Shown here in pieces: positions 63,641-64,000 of a stretch of DNA of 64,000 nucleotides. Position 1 is the first letter of the stretch. Each line of letters starts with the position of its first letter. Both the position numbers and the translations under genes were made by a program. Origin of the DNA: Octopus sinensis (taxonomy: Eukaryota). Below the pieces are notes generated by a model. That model was not told the DNA's origin and did not search any database. It saw only the letters and a list, made by a program, of their open reading frames with translations. The stretch covers positions 8,494,001 to 8,558,000 of the forward strand of contig NC_043007.1 in NCBI RefSeq assembly GCF_006345805.1, in the 5' to 3' direction.

Positions 63641-64000
63641 GAAGAGGAATTTTAAAGTTTATTTTAAGAAAGAATGAACAGTTGCATCTTCATGCCAGTC
63701 TTCTTTGCCAATGCCATCAGGAATTACAACCGTGTTTCGTGATCTGCTACCACAACAGCTCCTTTATAGGATCCAGTTAGCTCAAGACATCATCAGGAGG
63801 AACCACGTCCGGGGTGATATCCAAGAGAAACACAAGCCTGATATAGCATGGCCCTAATGCCATTGTGAACATTGTTGTTGGAACGAAACAAAACAGAGTA
63901 GAAACTGCAAAAAACCTTGTCAGATGCATTAACAGTTTGGCCAAGCCACCATCCACGGTTGGTAACATTTCTACTGCTCTTGAGCAGATGCAAGACAAAG

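Noticed and set aside
63700-64000. Next upstream PSME4 exon or another gene
   Set aside because: No frame resembles PA200 and no clear splice pair; probably a repeat remnant cut by the window edge

Overview
Eukaryotic, AT-rich, microsatellite- and transposon-dense genomic DNA. The repeat families look like those of an octopus (recognised from memory, not verified). The only protein-coding gene I can support is the 3' half of PSME4 (PA200/Blm10 proteasome activator) on the minus strand. I mapped 20 GT-AG coding exons between 61832 and 24683; they join in one open frame (2769 nt, 922 aa plus stop) and end in the HbYX-type tail ...VSPNYYA*. The 5' part of the gene lies beyond the right edge. Positions 1-22000 are intergenic transposon debris (R4/Dong-, RTE-, CR1/L2- and Penelope-like retroelements, mariner, hAT, SINEs) with a 100-N assembly gap. 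Almost all ORFs in the supplied track are microsatellite or repeat artefacts. I found no clearly new biological system. The best leads are hammerhead-ribozyme-like motifs in Penelope-like fragments, inverted LINE ends bracketing in-frame exon blocks (dsRNA/circRNA potential), a candidate 3'UTR intron, a candidate poison exon, a 756-bp tandem duplication of a foldback element, and a VNTR inside a LINE 3'UTR.
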